This document shows, in pieces, positions 37,853 to 47,211 of a DNA stretch of 64,000 bases. Under the pieces are notes generated by a model. That model was not told where the DNA came from. It saw nothing but the letters and a program-made list of their open reading frames with translations, and did not search any database. This DNA is from a virus, in IMG/VR virus record IMGVR_UViG_3300042868_005761, positions 112,232-176,231 of that record; one strand, 5' to 3'. Positions within the stretch are counted from its first letter, which is position 1; each line of letters starts with the position of its first letter. The position numbers and the translations under genes were made by a program.

Positions 37853-39439
37853 TTAGAGTAGGACGCGCACGATGGCAGCGAACTGACCACCGAATGACTG
37901 ATGAATTTCTGCAGGATGACCATCATTAGCCGAACCAGGAGTACGATCAGCGAGTGACACGCCTTCGTAATCATGGAAAGTCTTAACTGTTGCAAGATCA
38001 GCCTTAGGTGAACGATCAAGTGTATAGCACTTACCAACAATGTCCTCTGGACGATGGTAAAGAGTAGGATCAACCCAAGCAGTTGCCTCTACGGTAGCAT
38101 TGTCATTGGCGTCAGCGTCATCGGCACCGTCAGTAGCAATAACCTTAGTCTCATCGGGACGAGCCACATAAGGAACAAAGTTGGAATACTTGTCATAAGC
38201 AAGATAATCGCCAGGCTTGACAGCCTTACCAACCGCAGCAAAGACATTACCACTGTATGACTCGACATCAGCAGCAAGACGGAAGGCAACAAGATAGTCA
38301 CCAGTAGCAGGGCAGTCAGTGTGCACGAAAAGAAGACCAAGATCACGGTCCACAAAGTAATCGCCAGCAGCCTTAACACCAGCAGGAGCTGCCTTCTCTT
38401 TGGCTAGCCAGGTTGAAGTAAGATCCGTATTCTGTGAGACAGTTGCACCACCAGTCGCATAAGTAACTGACCAAAGTTCAATAGTATTGTAGATGTTGCT
38501 TTCAATACCCTGATGACCAAGAACAAGCACCTTGGCACTCGCATTAGTAGCAAGATCAGCATAACGCTCATCAAACGTAGCCTTCACGTTAGCATAGGTA
38601 GCAACCTTAGCCAAATCAGCACCATGGTAGTAGTTAGAAAGCGTAGTGCCAGCAGCAGCAGCAGCAGCAGCCGTATTAACTGAGTTATCGCCAAGGAAAA
38701 CAAGCTTCTTTGTACCATCCCAAGAGGCGCTGGCATTAGTATCAGTCGTAAGATTAAGAGCCGAGATGTCATAAGACTTTGCAGGAGCAACAGGAAGACG
38801 AAGGGTGTGGTCCTGGCCAGTCCAGAACGTTGACTTATTCTCACGACGATAGTTCATGAAACGAAGCTTATTGGGCTGCGTACCATCACCACCGGCCCAA
38901 GCGTAAACCACGTTAGCAGCTACACCAATTGGACGAGAAATTAGCTGGTCAAGGGTCTCGCCGTCGCCAAGAAGGCCACGCTCTTGAAGCTTAAGAGTAA
39001 GGGCAGTCTTAGTGTAGGTCTTAGGACCTGTGACAGGGCGACCTGTACCAAGGTCTTCAATTCTCTCAGCCACGTCAACGGCAGTATACTGGAGAACAGT
39101 AACAGATGTAGCATGAGCAGCCTTCCAAGCAAGACGAATGCCAGCAGGAACAAGACGACCTACGGTACCTTGATTGATTGAAGAGATGGTATTGTCACCA
39201 GTAAGGCTTTCACGCGTAAGAGCGACAAGCTTACCAGGCATGATAACAACCTTGTCGGTAAAGACATGGCGTTGGTAGTCATAAGAGTGGAAACCCATTG
39301 CAATATTAGCATCGGTTGGGTCAACGGGTAGCCAAGCCGCAGCGGCAAGGTCATTCTGAGGAGCAACCGTGTCGCCATGCGTAGGGGCGATAATCGGCTT
39401 ACCGTAATCGATATCTCTAAACTTTCTGTATGTTGCCAT
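37853..39439 (-). CDS. Abundant capsid-associated (decoration-like) protein
   Basis: 528 aa directly before the major capsid gene, with the same codon bias; VVIMPGKLVAL, GRLVPAG, SRPIGV, VKPGDYL; RBS AGGAG. Confidence 0.6.
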   Translation of the reverse strand: MATYRKFRDIDYGKPIIAPTHGDTVAPQNDLAAAAWLPVDPTDANIAMGFHSYDYQRHVFTDKVVIMPGKLVALTRESLTGDNTISSINQGTVGRLVPAGIRLAWKAAHATSVTVLQYTAVDVAERIEDLGTGRPVTGPKTYTKTALTLKLQERGLLGDGETLDQLISRPIGVAANVVYAWAGGDGTQPNKLRFMNYRRENKSTFWTGQDHTLRLPVAPAKSYDISALNLTTDTNASASWDGTKKLVFLGDNSVNTAAAAAAAGTTLSNYYHGADLAKVATYANVKATFDERYADLATNASAKVLVLGHQGIESNIYNTIELWSVTYATGGATVSQNTDLTSTWLAKEKAAPAGVKAAGDYFVDRDLGLLFVHTDCPATGDYLVAFRLAADVESYSGNVFAAVGKAVKPGDYLAYDKYSNFVPYVARPDETKVIATDGADDADANDNATVEATAWVDPTLYHRPEDIVGKCYTLDRSPKADLATVKTFHDYEGVSLADRTPGSANDGHPAEIHQSFGGQFAAIVRVLL

Positions 39440-39460
39440 AATTTTCTCCTATAATTTGGG

Positions 39461-40309
39461 TTAGACTTTCACATCTAGTGGGTTAAACTTTCCTGAAATA
39501 AAGCCAGAACGCACTTGTTGAACAAGATAGTTCTCAGCTTTATTTATATCATGATTTCGTAATTCTTTGTATTTACTAGCTACTCTAAGTTCTACAGATG
39601 TCCAGTATTCTGGTGTAGTATCTATTGCGTCTTCAATAGTATTCACATCAAGCTTCTTACCAAGCTCCTTAGGCTCAGCAGAATCTTCAATAATAATCTC
39701 TTCTGACTCTGAACTATCGGCAGCCTCAGTTGTCGCTTCTTCTGAACTATCGGCAACTTCAGTTGTCGCTTCTTCGGCCGAATCCATTGGGCCACTCATT
39801 TCTTCTTCAATTTCCTCACCGGGAGATTCACTTGGAATTTCCATGCCAGCAGTCTGAAGAGAAGAGCCAAGTTGCCATTGCCACTTTTGATGCATATCAA
39901 TGCGCTCAGCTACAAAGTTTGCAATACCTTGCTCATTAGCAGAGTTAGCCATGTCAAAGACATTCTTAAGCATAGCAATCATCACTACATTCTTCTTGTA
40001 CATATCAAGAGCAAGTTCACTTGCCTCAGTGGTCATAGAGTCATCTTTAATTGATGCAGTCTCGACCATGTAAGTAAGAGAGTGAGGAAATGAACCAAGC
40101 TTGCGGATATTCTCAGCAAGTGGATCTACTGAACTAGAGTAGATGTCATCATAGATATTCCCAAATAGCTCATGATACTGGGCAAAGTCAGGGCCAGCCA
40201 CATTCCAATGTGCACGATGTGCAGTAGAGTACATAGCAATTACATTACTAAGTAAGCCCTTAAGAGCATCAGCTACTTGAGCTGGGCTAGTTGTCATTTC
40301 AGTTTCCAT
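39461..40309 (-). CDS. dps: Dps-family ferritin-like protein with acidic C-terminal extension
   Basis: AHWNVAGPDFAQYHELF...DPLAENIRKLG...HQKWQWQL is the Dps signature, with His/His/Asp/Glu ferroxidase ligands; about 130 extra C-terminal residues; RBS GGAGG. Confidence 0.85.
   Translation of the reverse strand: METEMTTSPAQVADALKGLLSNVIAMYSTAHRAHWNVAGPDFAQYHELFGNIYDDIYSSSVDPLAENIRKLGSFPHSLTYMVETASIKDDSMTTEASELALDMYKKNVVMIAMLKNVFDMANSANEQGIANFVAERIDMHQKWQWQLGSSLQTAGMEIPSESPGEEIEEEMSGPMDSAEEATTEVADSSEEATTEAADSSESEEIIIEDSAEPKELGKKLDVNTIEDAIDTTPEYWTSVELRVASKYKELRNHDINKAENYLVQQVRSGFISGKFNPLDVKV
39708..39775. repeat. 33-bp tandem duplication encoding DSxEEATTExA
   Basis: gaactatcggca...cagttgtcgcttcttc occurs at 39711 and 39744 (period 33). 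Confidence 0.8.
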
Positions 40310-40354
40310 ATTATTCCTCCAAAAGGATTAAGTTAAATTAATAATTACATAGTG

Positions 40355-40363
40355 ATTCTAGCA
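40355..40363 (-). promoter_or_regulatory. Candidate extended -10 promoter (TGCTAGAAT) upstream of dps-decoration-capsid
   Basis: TGnTAGAAT in the 67-bp AT-rich intergenic gap before dps. Confidence 0.35.
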
Positions 40364-40376
40364 TAATTTCTATACT

Positions 40377-42791
40377 TTAGCCACCTATACCAGGAGAAGG
40401 ATACGCGCCAAGGGGAGGAGTCTCTTTCTTACTCCAGACAATAGGAGCCATAATCTTTCTTAGTTCAGACCTCTTCTTGACAGTTACTTCTTCAGTCTTG
40501 TCATATAAGCCATCCTCACCCATCTTAGCAATAGTAAGAATAGTAGCAGGATCTTCCTCTGATGCATCTACACTTAAACCAGGACCATGAGTAACAGTTC
40601 CTTTGCTATGCATAGCATCAATGACTCCATATCCTTCTTTCATTTCAGCTGCGTCGTCTTGCTCACCAAGTGAACCTGAACTAACACCAACTTCATTACC
40701 CTTGCTATCAAGGCGATAGGAAACAAAGTCACCTACAGCAAAAGTTGGCGTTGACGGAGTTGTATAAGTTTTCTCAGGAGTATAAGTATCTTCGACTGAA
40801 GACTTAAAACTTTCCTCAATGGCAGTCTCAACAACTGGCTCATTGTAAACAAAGTCACCCATAACCCAAGGACCCTTAACTGAATCTTCAGTTCTCATAC
40901 GTTCAATTTGTGCAGCTTTGGCATTTGCCCAGCTCTTGCCGCCATCACCACCCCAAAGATCCCAAGCAATACGACCAGGAGAGGGAAAGCCTTCTTCGCC
41001 TTGGTTGAAGCCAGAAGCCTTCTTGTCAACCTCATGACGTGCAAAGAAACTCTTCATACGCATAACGGTAGAAGGAGAAAGCTCTTTCTTGTTCATAATG
41101 TCTCTAGCGCGAGCTACTCCAACGCCGGTACCACCGCGCTTGAACTCTGCACGCCACTCAAGGGCACGCTTAGCAGCTGAAGCCATACCAGGTGTTGGAA
41201 CAAATCCCTCAGCGGCATCATCAATAGTAATAGTTTTTACCATCTCAGAAAACATTTCAGCCGACATATCGTCAGCTAACTCCAGATTGAAATTACTAAC
41301 TAGTAACTTCTTGATAGAGTCTAATAGTGATTGGCTATCAAGCTCAAACTTTGCAAGCTTCTCGTCTGCGATAGCTTTGCCAGATCGTAGTTCTTCAAGC
41401 TCTGCAATTACCTCAGGAGCAGGAATAGATTTTAATTTAATGTATTCGTCAACAATTGAAAGAATTTCTTTCTTATTGTCTTCTGATAGTACGGTGGGCA
41501 TTTCTTGCTCCTCTTGATTAATTAAGTTAGTTTGGTCTTCCATAGGCTCTGTTTTGTTTGCAGAAACTAATCCATCTGGGATAACAGCAAATCTGCAGTA
41601 ACCATCAGGCTCTATAGTTTGGGAAATAATTTTACAACGATTTTCGCTAGCATGAAGAGCGCAGTTGCCGCACTTAACGCCAATACTGAGATTCTCATTC
41701 TCTGGGCCACTTTCATAGCCAACCCAAATACCAGGAGCCTTATCAAGAGGTCCAACTTTATTAGCAAGAGTCATCAGTGAGTCAGCTAGAGCCTTTTCCT
41801 CTTCTGAGAGTTGACTGTAAAGATCAACATAATCGTCTGCTATTTCGACTGGCACTGTCGCAACAGGACCATTGTCAAAGCTAGCCATAATCTCTGAGTC
41901 GCTAATATCAGTAACCGCATTCTTAAAGCAATCGGTGACAACCATAGTAGTCTTGAAGTTATCTAGGTATTGCTGAAGAGCGTCGCCGCCAACCTCTTTG
42001 TAATTCATTACTCGTGCATGAACATCAGCAGGATGTGTAACGTAAGCATAGCCACGATAGCGAAGACCGCTTGGGACGCCATAGGCTTTGGTCCCATCAA
42101 TATCGTCGCCAATGTCCCATTCCATCTCATCAGTCTTGTAAGACTTACCGCTAATAGAATCGTAAAGATCATTAGGAGTCATTTCAACACTAACTGTAAG
42201 ATAGCGCCCATCAAGAGTTTTCTCTACAGCCTCTGGATCTGTAACAAGTCCCTTGACAAGTACCCATCCAAGGCCCTCAAAATCCTCATCGGTCATCATT
42301 CCAGACTTGGCAAGCTTCTTCATATAGGGAGCCATAGCAACGTCAGGAGCCTTAAGTATAAGGCCATCCTTGATCATTGTAGAACTAACATTATAAGCAG
42401 CCTTAGGGTTGTCTACCCAAGTCCCACCCATGGCACGACCAACTGCACCAACCTCTCTATTCTCAATTTTCTTACCATCAACAATAGCAACTTCCTTATG
42501 CATAGGTTTAATAGGAATATTGTATGGACTAGTAAGTGTAGGAATTGCATCTTTTAAATCAGATGGCATATAGATAAGGTTATTCTGAGTAGGTCTCATA
42601 CCGTGAGTAACCTTTGTAAGAGTTACTAGACCAACCTTGTTCTCTGCCACGCCATCACTAATAAAGTATTTAAAATCAAGAAAGTGTGGGCTCTTCTTAT
42701 CCCAAACTTCATGGGTAAAATCGCCCTTAATACTATTAACAAAATAGTCCTGAACAATACCTTCTTGTAATAGTCTCTTACTTATCTTCAT
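40377..42791 (-). CDS. Prohead protease/scaffold, multidomain
   Basis: 804 aa between portal and capsid genes; THG, YLTVSV and YVTHPAD herpes/HK97-type protease motifs, followed by a CxxC-C-C motif, a Trp-rich helical domain and an SH3-like tail. Confidence 0.75.
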   Translation of the reverse strand: MKISKRLLQEGIVQDYFVNSIKGDFTHEVWDKKSPHFLDFKYFISDGVAENKVGLVTLTKVTHGMRPTQNNLIYMPSDLKDAIPTLTSPYNIPIKPMHKEVAIVDGKKIENREVGAVGRAMGGTWVDNPKAAYNVSSTMIKDGLILKAPDVAMAPYMKKLAKSGMMTDEDFEGLGWVLVKGLVTDPEAVEKTLDGRYLTVSVEMTPNDLYDSISGKSYKTDEMEWDIGDDIDGTKAYGVPSGLRYRGYAYVTHPADVHARVMNYKEVGGDALQQYLDNFKTTMVVTDCFKNAVTDISDSEIMASFDNGPVATVPVEIADDYVDLYSQLSEEEKALADSLMTLANKVGPLDKAPGIWVGYESGPENENLSIGVKCGNCALHASENRCKIISQTIEPDGYCRFAVIPDGLVSANKTEPMEDQTNLINQEEQEMPTVLSEDNKKEILSIVDEYIKLKSIPAPEVIAELEELRSGKAIADEKLAKFELDSQSLLDSIKKLLVSNFNLELADDMSAEMFSEMVKTITIDDAAEGFVPTPGMASAAKRALEWRAEFKRGGTGVGVARARDIMNKKELSPSTVMRMKSFFARHEVDKKASGFNQGEEGFPSPGRIAWDLWGGDGGKSWANAKAAQIERMRTEDSVKGPWVMGDFVYNEPVVETAIEESFKSSVEDTYTPEKTYTTPSTPTFAVGDFVSYRLDSKGNEVGVSSGSLGEQDDAAEMKEGYGVIDAMHSKGTVTHGPGLSVDASEEDPATILTIAKMGEDGLYDKTEEVTVKKRSELRKIMAPIVWSKKETPPLGAYPSPGIGG

Positions 42792-43290
42792 TAGCCTTCC
42801 TTATAATGACTTTGCTATTAGGATGATCAGGCGGTAAATCATAATACTTACTATCTGAGATTTTTCTATTATCTATTATAGACTGACTACTTTGATTATA
42901 TACCTGGTATGATTCTTCGCCGCTATCCTTTAACGCATTGAAAACACCCCAGTTATAACTTCTCATTCTTTCTGTCTCATAGATAGTCATCATCCTATGA
43001 CCAATAGTCTTAGCTGTGTCAGTTATAGTATTGCCTTGCCGATTGCGCATCTCAATATGTAACTTATCTATAAAGAACTTCTGAACCTTCAACTGGAATT
43101 CTATGTTGCCAGTATGAGTCTCATTAGTTAAGTTAGAAGAGTCAGCATACTCAGAGTAGCCTTTTATATAAGCCTTAATACTGTTATCTTTGAGCATAAC
43201 AGAGAAACGCTCAAAAGCGGCATCAACGGTAAAATTAGGCTGAACGTCGTAGTCAGCCTTCTCCTTGAGATGACTAACTAATCCATTCAC
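42778..43290 (-). CDS. MuF/SPP1 gp7-like head morphogenesis domain (frame open upstream to 43428; probably fused to portal)
   Basis: ETERMRSYNWG and LPPDHPNS resemble the MuF TE..RAYN and PPxHPNC motifs; the annotated GTG has a poorly spaced RBS. Confidence 0.55.
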   Translation of the reverse strand: MNGLVSHLKEKADYDVQPNFTVDAAFERFSVMLKDNSIKAYIKGYSEYADSSNLTNETHTGNIEFQLKVQKFFIDKLHIEMRNRQGNTITDTAKTIGHRMMTIYETERMRSYNWGVFNALKDSGEESYQVYNQSSQSIIDNRKISDSKYYDLPPDHPNSKVIIRKANEDK

Positions 43291-43412
43291 ATCCTCTCGA
43301 TATTCATCAAAGTCTAGGATACTGTTTGTAACTAGACTTCCTGGCCCACTTTTTGTGCCATGTTGATTTGATGGTCTAACGGCATTTGCATTAGCTTTAC
43401 CGCTAGGAGACG

Positions 43413-44942
43413 CTATCGAATTTTTTTTTTAACAGCAGGTTTCTCAGAGGACTTAGTAGCCATCTTATTTTGTAATTCTCTTGCCTTGTTTAGATCAGAA
43501 GAAGACATAGGTGTTTTGTCACTTCTAGCAGAGGTTTCTGCAATAGGTGACATTGCGTTAGCTCCAAGTTTCAATAGCTCTTGGGCCTCTGTAATCATCT
43601 TGTAATAAGAGTGATCCCAGTCATCTTCCTGAGCAGCAGAAAGACCAATACGATCTCTGAGTTCATCATGACTAATAGCACTATTCAACCAAAGTTGAAT
43701 TGCTGCATTCTCTTTCTTTATTTGGTTCTCAACATCTATCTCTTTGAATCTTAAAGCAACTTTATTATCTGGGTCTAGCCAGTCAAAGCTATTCTCTTCG
43801 GTGCTTTCTTGTAAAAGAGGAACAATCAAATGAGCATAGATTTGTTCCTCGAAAACAAGCTGATCACTCTTTACTGAGTTGATAAGACTACTAGACATAG
43901 TAGCAGCGGTTGATCTGTTAGCTGTATCGCCTTCTCCAATATCAACAGTAGATAAACCAAGTGCAGCAAGAACACGCTTCTTGAAATAATCAAGGTAGCC
44001 CTCTGCTCTAAGCGAACGACCTTCTGCTCCAATCATTTTAATTTCATGACGCTCAGGGGTAACAAAGAAACCTTCAGGAGGTTGGTTATTAATAACCTCA
44101 GTAACCATACTAATCTCATCTCTACCGTCTGGTAGAATAGTAGCAGGCATAGCGTCAGTGCCAATCTTGTACTGGACAATTGGAAAGATACTTTGGTGAA
44201 GTAGAACTTCTACATCTGTTTCAATGCGACGCAAAGCTTTGATATCTTCAATTGCTGCGCTGCATCTTGGAGTACCAACAATAAAACCTTCAAGCTTGTT
44301 AACATGAAAATGTATGATCTCACTAGGCTCATATACAGTAGTAGGACGAGTATTTTCCGTCCAGTCCTCTTCGCTGTATTGTCGATACTTTATGGGTTGT
44401 TTAAGGTCGTTGACCTTAACCTGGATCATACTGGTAGGAAGTACATGAAGTGAGCTAATTGGGGCTATCTTGCGCCCTTTAGAGTCTGTTCTAGTATAGC
44501 CACCAGATGTCTTGTCATTGCGTTTGACGAGAACAAAACAATTACTATATCTAATGATATTCTTGGCTATGTCAGTTATGAATTGGCGAGGTGTAGTCCG
44601 GCTGACATAACAAACTTCCTTCAAACGGCGCTCTATGTACTCTACAAGATCTCGGTCTTTACCTATAATCTCGTAACCTTCTTTCATAAATAAAGATAAC
44701 TTTTTGTCAAAGCTAATTTGCAAGTAAGCTTCAATGGTGGCAATCTTGTCTATCTCTTTAAAGTCATGCTCTAGCTTTTGCCAGTCATTCATAAAGTATG
44801 GACGAGTTGTTCTATAGTTAAATACTGGATCTTTTGTTCTTTCTAAACTTGGCGCAGGTATCTTACTCTCCGCATCATCTATTGTTTGAATAGAAGATGC
44901 AAGATTCTTTAGATTAATAACTTGTGCTTTTAATTTAAACAT
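43413..44942 (-). CDS. Portal protein
   Basis: 509 aa; IIRYSNCFV, EIIHFH...GTP, DIKALRRIE, YFKKRVLAALG, GEGDTANRSTA; lies between terminase and protease. Confidence 0.85.
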   Translation of the reverse strand: MFKLKAQVINLKNLASSIQTIDDAESKIPAPSLERTKDPVFNYRTTRPYFMNDWQKLEHDFKEIDKIATIEAYLQISFDKKLSLFMKEGYEIIGKDRDLVEYIERRLKEVCYVSRTTPRQFITDIAKNIIRYSNCFVLVKRNDKTSGGYTRTDSKGRKIAPISSLHVLPTSMIQVKVNDLKQPIKYRQYSEEDWTENTRPTTVYEPSEIIHFHVNKLEGFIVGTPRCSAAIEDIKALRRIETDVEVLLHQSIFPIVQYKIGTDAMPATILPDGRDEISMVTEVINNQPPEGFFVTPERHEIKMIGAEGRSLRAEGYLDYFKKRVLAALGLSTVDIGEGDTANRSTAATMSSSLINSVKSDQLVFEEQIYAHLIVPLLQESTEENSFDWLDPDNKVALRFKEIDVENQIKKENAAIQLWLNSAISHDELRDRIGLSAAQEDDWDHSYYKMITEAQELLKLGANAMSPIAETSARSDKTPMSSSDLNKARELQNKMATKSSEKPAVKKKIR

Positions 44943-47208
44943 TGTCTACGTTTGCTCCTAATGCAACTCGTCTCCAGAAATCCAGACTTTCACCTTTGCT
45001 TATTATAGACGATTTTGCTCTATCGCAATTAGTAAGATTAAATCTACTATCAGTTGCAGGATTTATTAAGTATCTAATCGGCTTTGTCTTTTTGTTACTC
45101 TTGTTATTCCTTGCCTTTTCCTGGTAAACAGGTTGGCTATTGAAGTACTCCTTCATTGGGAAGTCACTATTAGGATCCGGATCCCAGGGATCCCATGGGC
45201 TTTCATTTGTTAGGTTACCATTATCATCTTTCATAGGAATGCAAGGTTCAATTCCCTTAGAGGTTGCTGCTTTGTAAACTCCTAGAGCAAAAGCTAGAGT
45301 CTGAGACAAGGCCATAATCTTTGTACAGAGAACAATATTGGTATCAGCTTGAGTACCCATCAAAGCCTTCAAGGCATCAAGGCCATACTTTACAATGTCT
45401 GACTGAGAAGAAACCCAATCAATAAAGTCATATATTACAGACTTAATCATTTCGATTGAGTCAAGAGCATCACCTTTACCAAAGAGAGGATTGGTTATTG
45501 TTGATAGGAACTTCATACCATTGTTATTCAATGCTCCTTCTAGAGCTGTCCCTACAGCTTGCTGATCTACTCCAATCTCACCATTGCTATTGTTAAAGTA
45601 TGTTTGGCTAAACTTTGTAAGTGCGCTTATTTTGCTTTCATCTGCTGTGCCTGAATTCACCCAGTTTGAGAGTTCTTCAGTTGTAAAGCCATATTGCTTA
45701 CCAGCCTTATCAATATCTTGGACACTGATAAGACTATTAATAGTACACAAAGCATAGTTGGGCAAAGGGCTAATGTTTGCACGAATACTCATTTGTAAGA
45801 GATTTAGAAGAGGCTCAACAATTCCACGCAAAATAAGATCTCTTAGGAAATTTAATCCAAAGTTTGCATTTGCAGAGAATATCTCAGACCAAGTGTAGAC
45901 TAGAAGTCCACCTAGACTTGCAATAACAAATAATAACTCAAGCGGACACAAAGAGCCAAGTCGGAGAAGAGAACAGTAATTAGCTTTTAACTGAAACTCA
46001 ATGTCACTGGCAAACCTTATTTTTGCAAGAAGAGCTTTCGTAATTTGTAATTGTTCTTTAAGTTTTACTTCGAGATCAATACCAAATACAAAGTCACTCC
46101 CTTTAAATATGTCCCCCGGACCTTTGATATCTCCTAACTTATTTGCAAGTTTAGTCCACTCCCCACCAAAGCAATCATAACAGCCTTCCCAGTTTGTAAC
46201 TAGGTCTCCTAGGTTCTTAGCAGGTTCTCCTATAGCTCTTGCCTTGACATTTGACGGCTCTTTGCCTCTCATTAGAACGTCAATAGCGCTATTTTGCTTG
46301 TCTATGCCATTGAGGGTACTCTCTATACCATGAACGACTTCCCTAGTCTTCTGTGCCTCATTAAACAAAGGTATTAGTCCAACTTTTGCACTAATATTAT
46401 CTTCACTTAGTTTTATTTCATTTTGAGCTAAAGCTGTTTCAAGTCCGAACATATCTCTAAAAATATCAAATTCTTCATAGACTTTAAATCTTTTATCTTC
46501 TTCTAGGTTATTAAGCCAAACAGATGCCATCTTTCCAAAAGTCTTTTTAGGCTCAGGGTCATAGTCTTTCTTAACAGTTTTTTCTGCTTGATATGCATAA
46601 GCTAATTTAATTACTTCACCATACTTTGAATTAAGATCCTCTTCTTCTTCCATGCCAACCATTGGATCATTTTTTATATCTTTTGTAGCAGACCTTAATT
46701 GATTGTCAGCTTTGAGCTCTCGGTATAGTTTTGTGTACCTTTTAAGTTCTTGCATTTCCTGATAGGTTAACTTTCCTTTCTGGTGAGTAGGAAATAGGAA
46801 GTCTGCAAGTAAACATTGATCATGGTCTTCTTTTTCATAAGCAACGCTATAGTTTATATCTTCTAGTCTTTCTGCTGTGACTTTCAAGAAATTATCCAGG
46901 ATAGCAGCTTGTCTCTTTGCTTCTTCTCTGTTCTCCTTGCGCAAGGCTTCTGCTGCAAGAGAGTCAATGTTCTTTCCCTTGCCGTTGTAAAGCTTAGTAT
47001 CTAAGATTTGATTGTATTCTTTATTAGGCTCTATGCTAGAAAGAAGATCTTTAATAAGACCATTCAGTTCACTCTTAGAAAGCTTATTTACATCTTTGTT
47101 TTCTAGTCTTTCATTGTTACCATCAGGACTAAGTTCTTCTAGTGTAATATCTTGTTGTGTATTTGTTATCGAAAAGATTTGTCTTTTCTGTAAAGGAAGT
47201 CTTTCCAT
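44935..47208 (-). CDS. Hypothetical virion-associated protein
   Basis: 757-aa ORF overlapping the portal start; charged N-terminal half, Cys-containing hydrophobic C-terminal half. Confidence 0.6.
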   Translation of the reverse strand: MERLPLQKRQIFSITNTQQDITLEELSPDGNNERLENKDVNKLSKSELNGLIKDLLSSIEPNKEYNQILDTKLYNGKGKNIDSLAAEALRKENREEAKRQAAILDNFLKVTAERLEDINYSVAYEKEDHDQCLLADFLFPTHQKGKLTYQEMQELKRYTKLYRELKADNQLRSATKDIKNDPMVGMEEEEDLNSKYGEVIKLAYAYQAEKTVKKDYDPEPKKTFGKMASVWLNNLEEDKRFKVYEEFDIFRDMFGLETALAQNEIKLSEDNISAKVGLIPLFNEAQKTREVVHGIESTLNGIDKQNSAIDVLMRGKEPSNVKARAIGEPAKNLGDLVTNWEGCYDCFGGEWTKLANKLGDIKGPGDIFKGSDFVFGIDLEVKLKEQLQITKALLAKIRFASDIEFQLKANYCSLLRLGSLCPLELLFVIASLGGLLVYTWSEIFSANANFGLNFLRDLILRGIVEPLLNLLQMSIRANISPLPNYALCTINSLISVQDIDKAGKQYGFTTEELSNWVNSGTADESKISALTKFSQTYFNNSNGEIGVDQQAVGTALEGALNNNGMKFLSTITNPLFGKGDALDSIEMIKSVIYDFIDWVSSQSDIVKYGLDALKALMGTQADTNIVLCTKIMALSQTLAFALGVYKAATSKGIEPCIPMKDDNGNLTNESPWDPWDPDPNSDFPMKEYFNSQPVYQEKARNNKSNKKTKPIRYLINPATDSRFNLTNCDRAKSSIISKGESLDFWRRVALGANVDNV

Positions 47209-47211
47209 TTT

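Noticed and set aside
38649-38672. (GCT)n microsatellite, and short repeats at ~9870-9900, ~10960-10985 and ~11710-11760
   Set aside because: In-frame low-complexity linkers (poly-Ala, APTA, GSA, GS); no sign of a phase-variable role.
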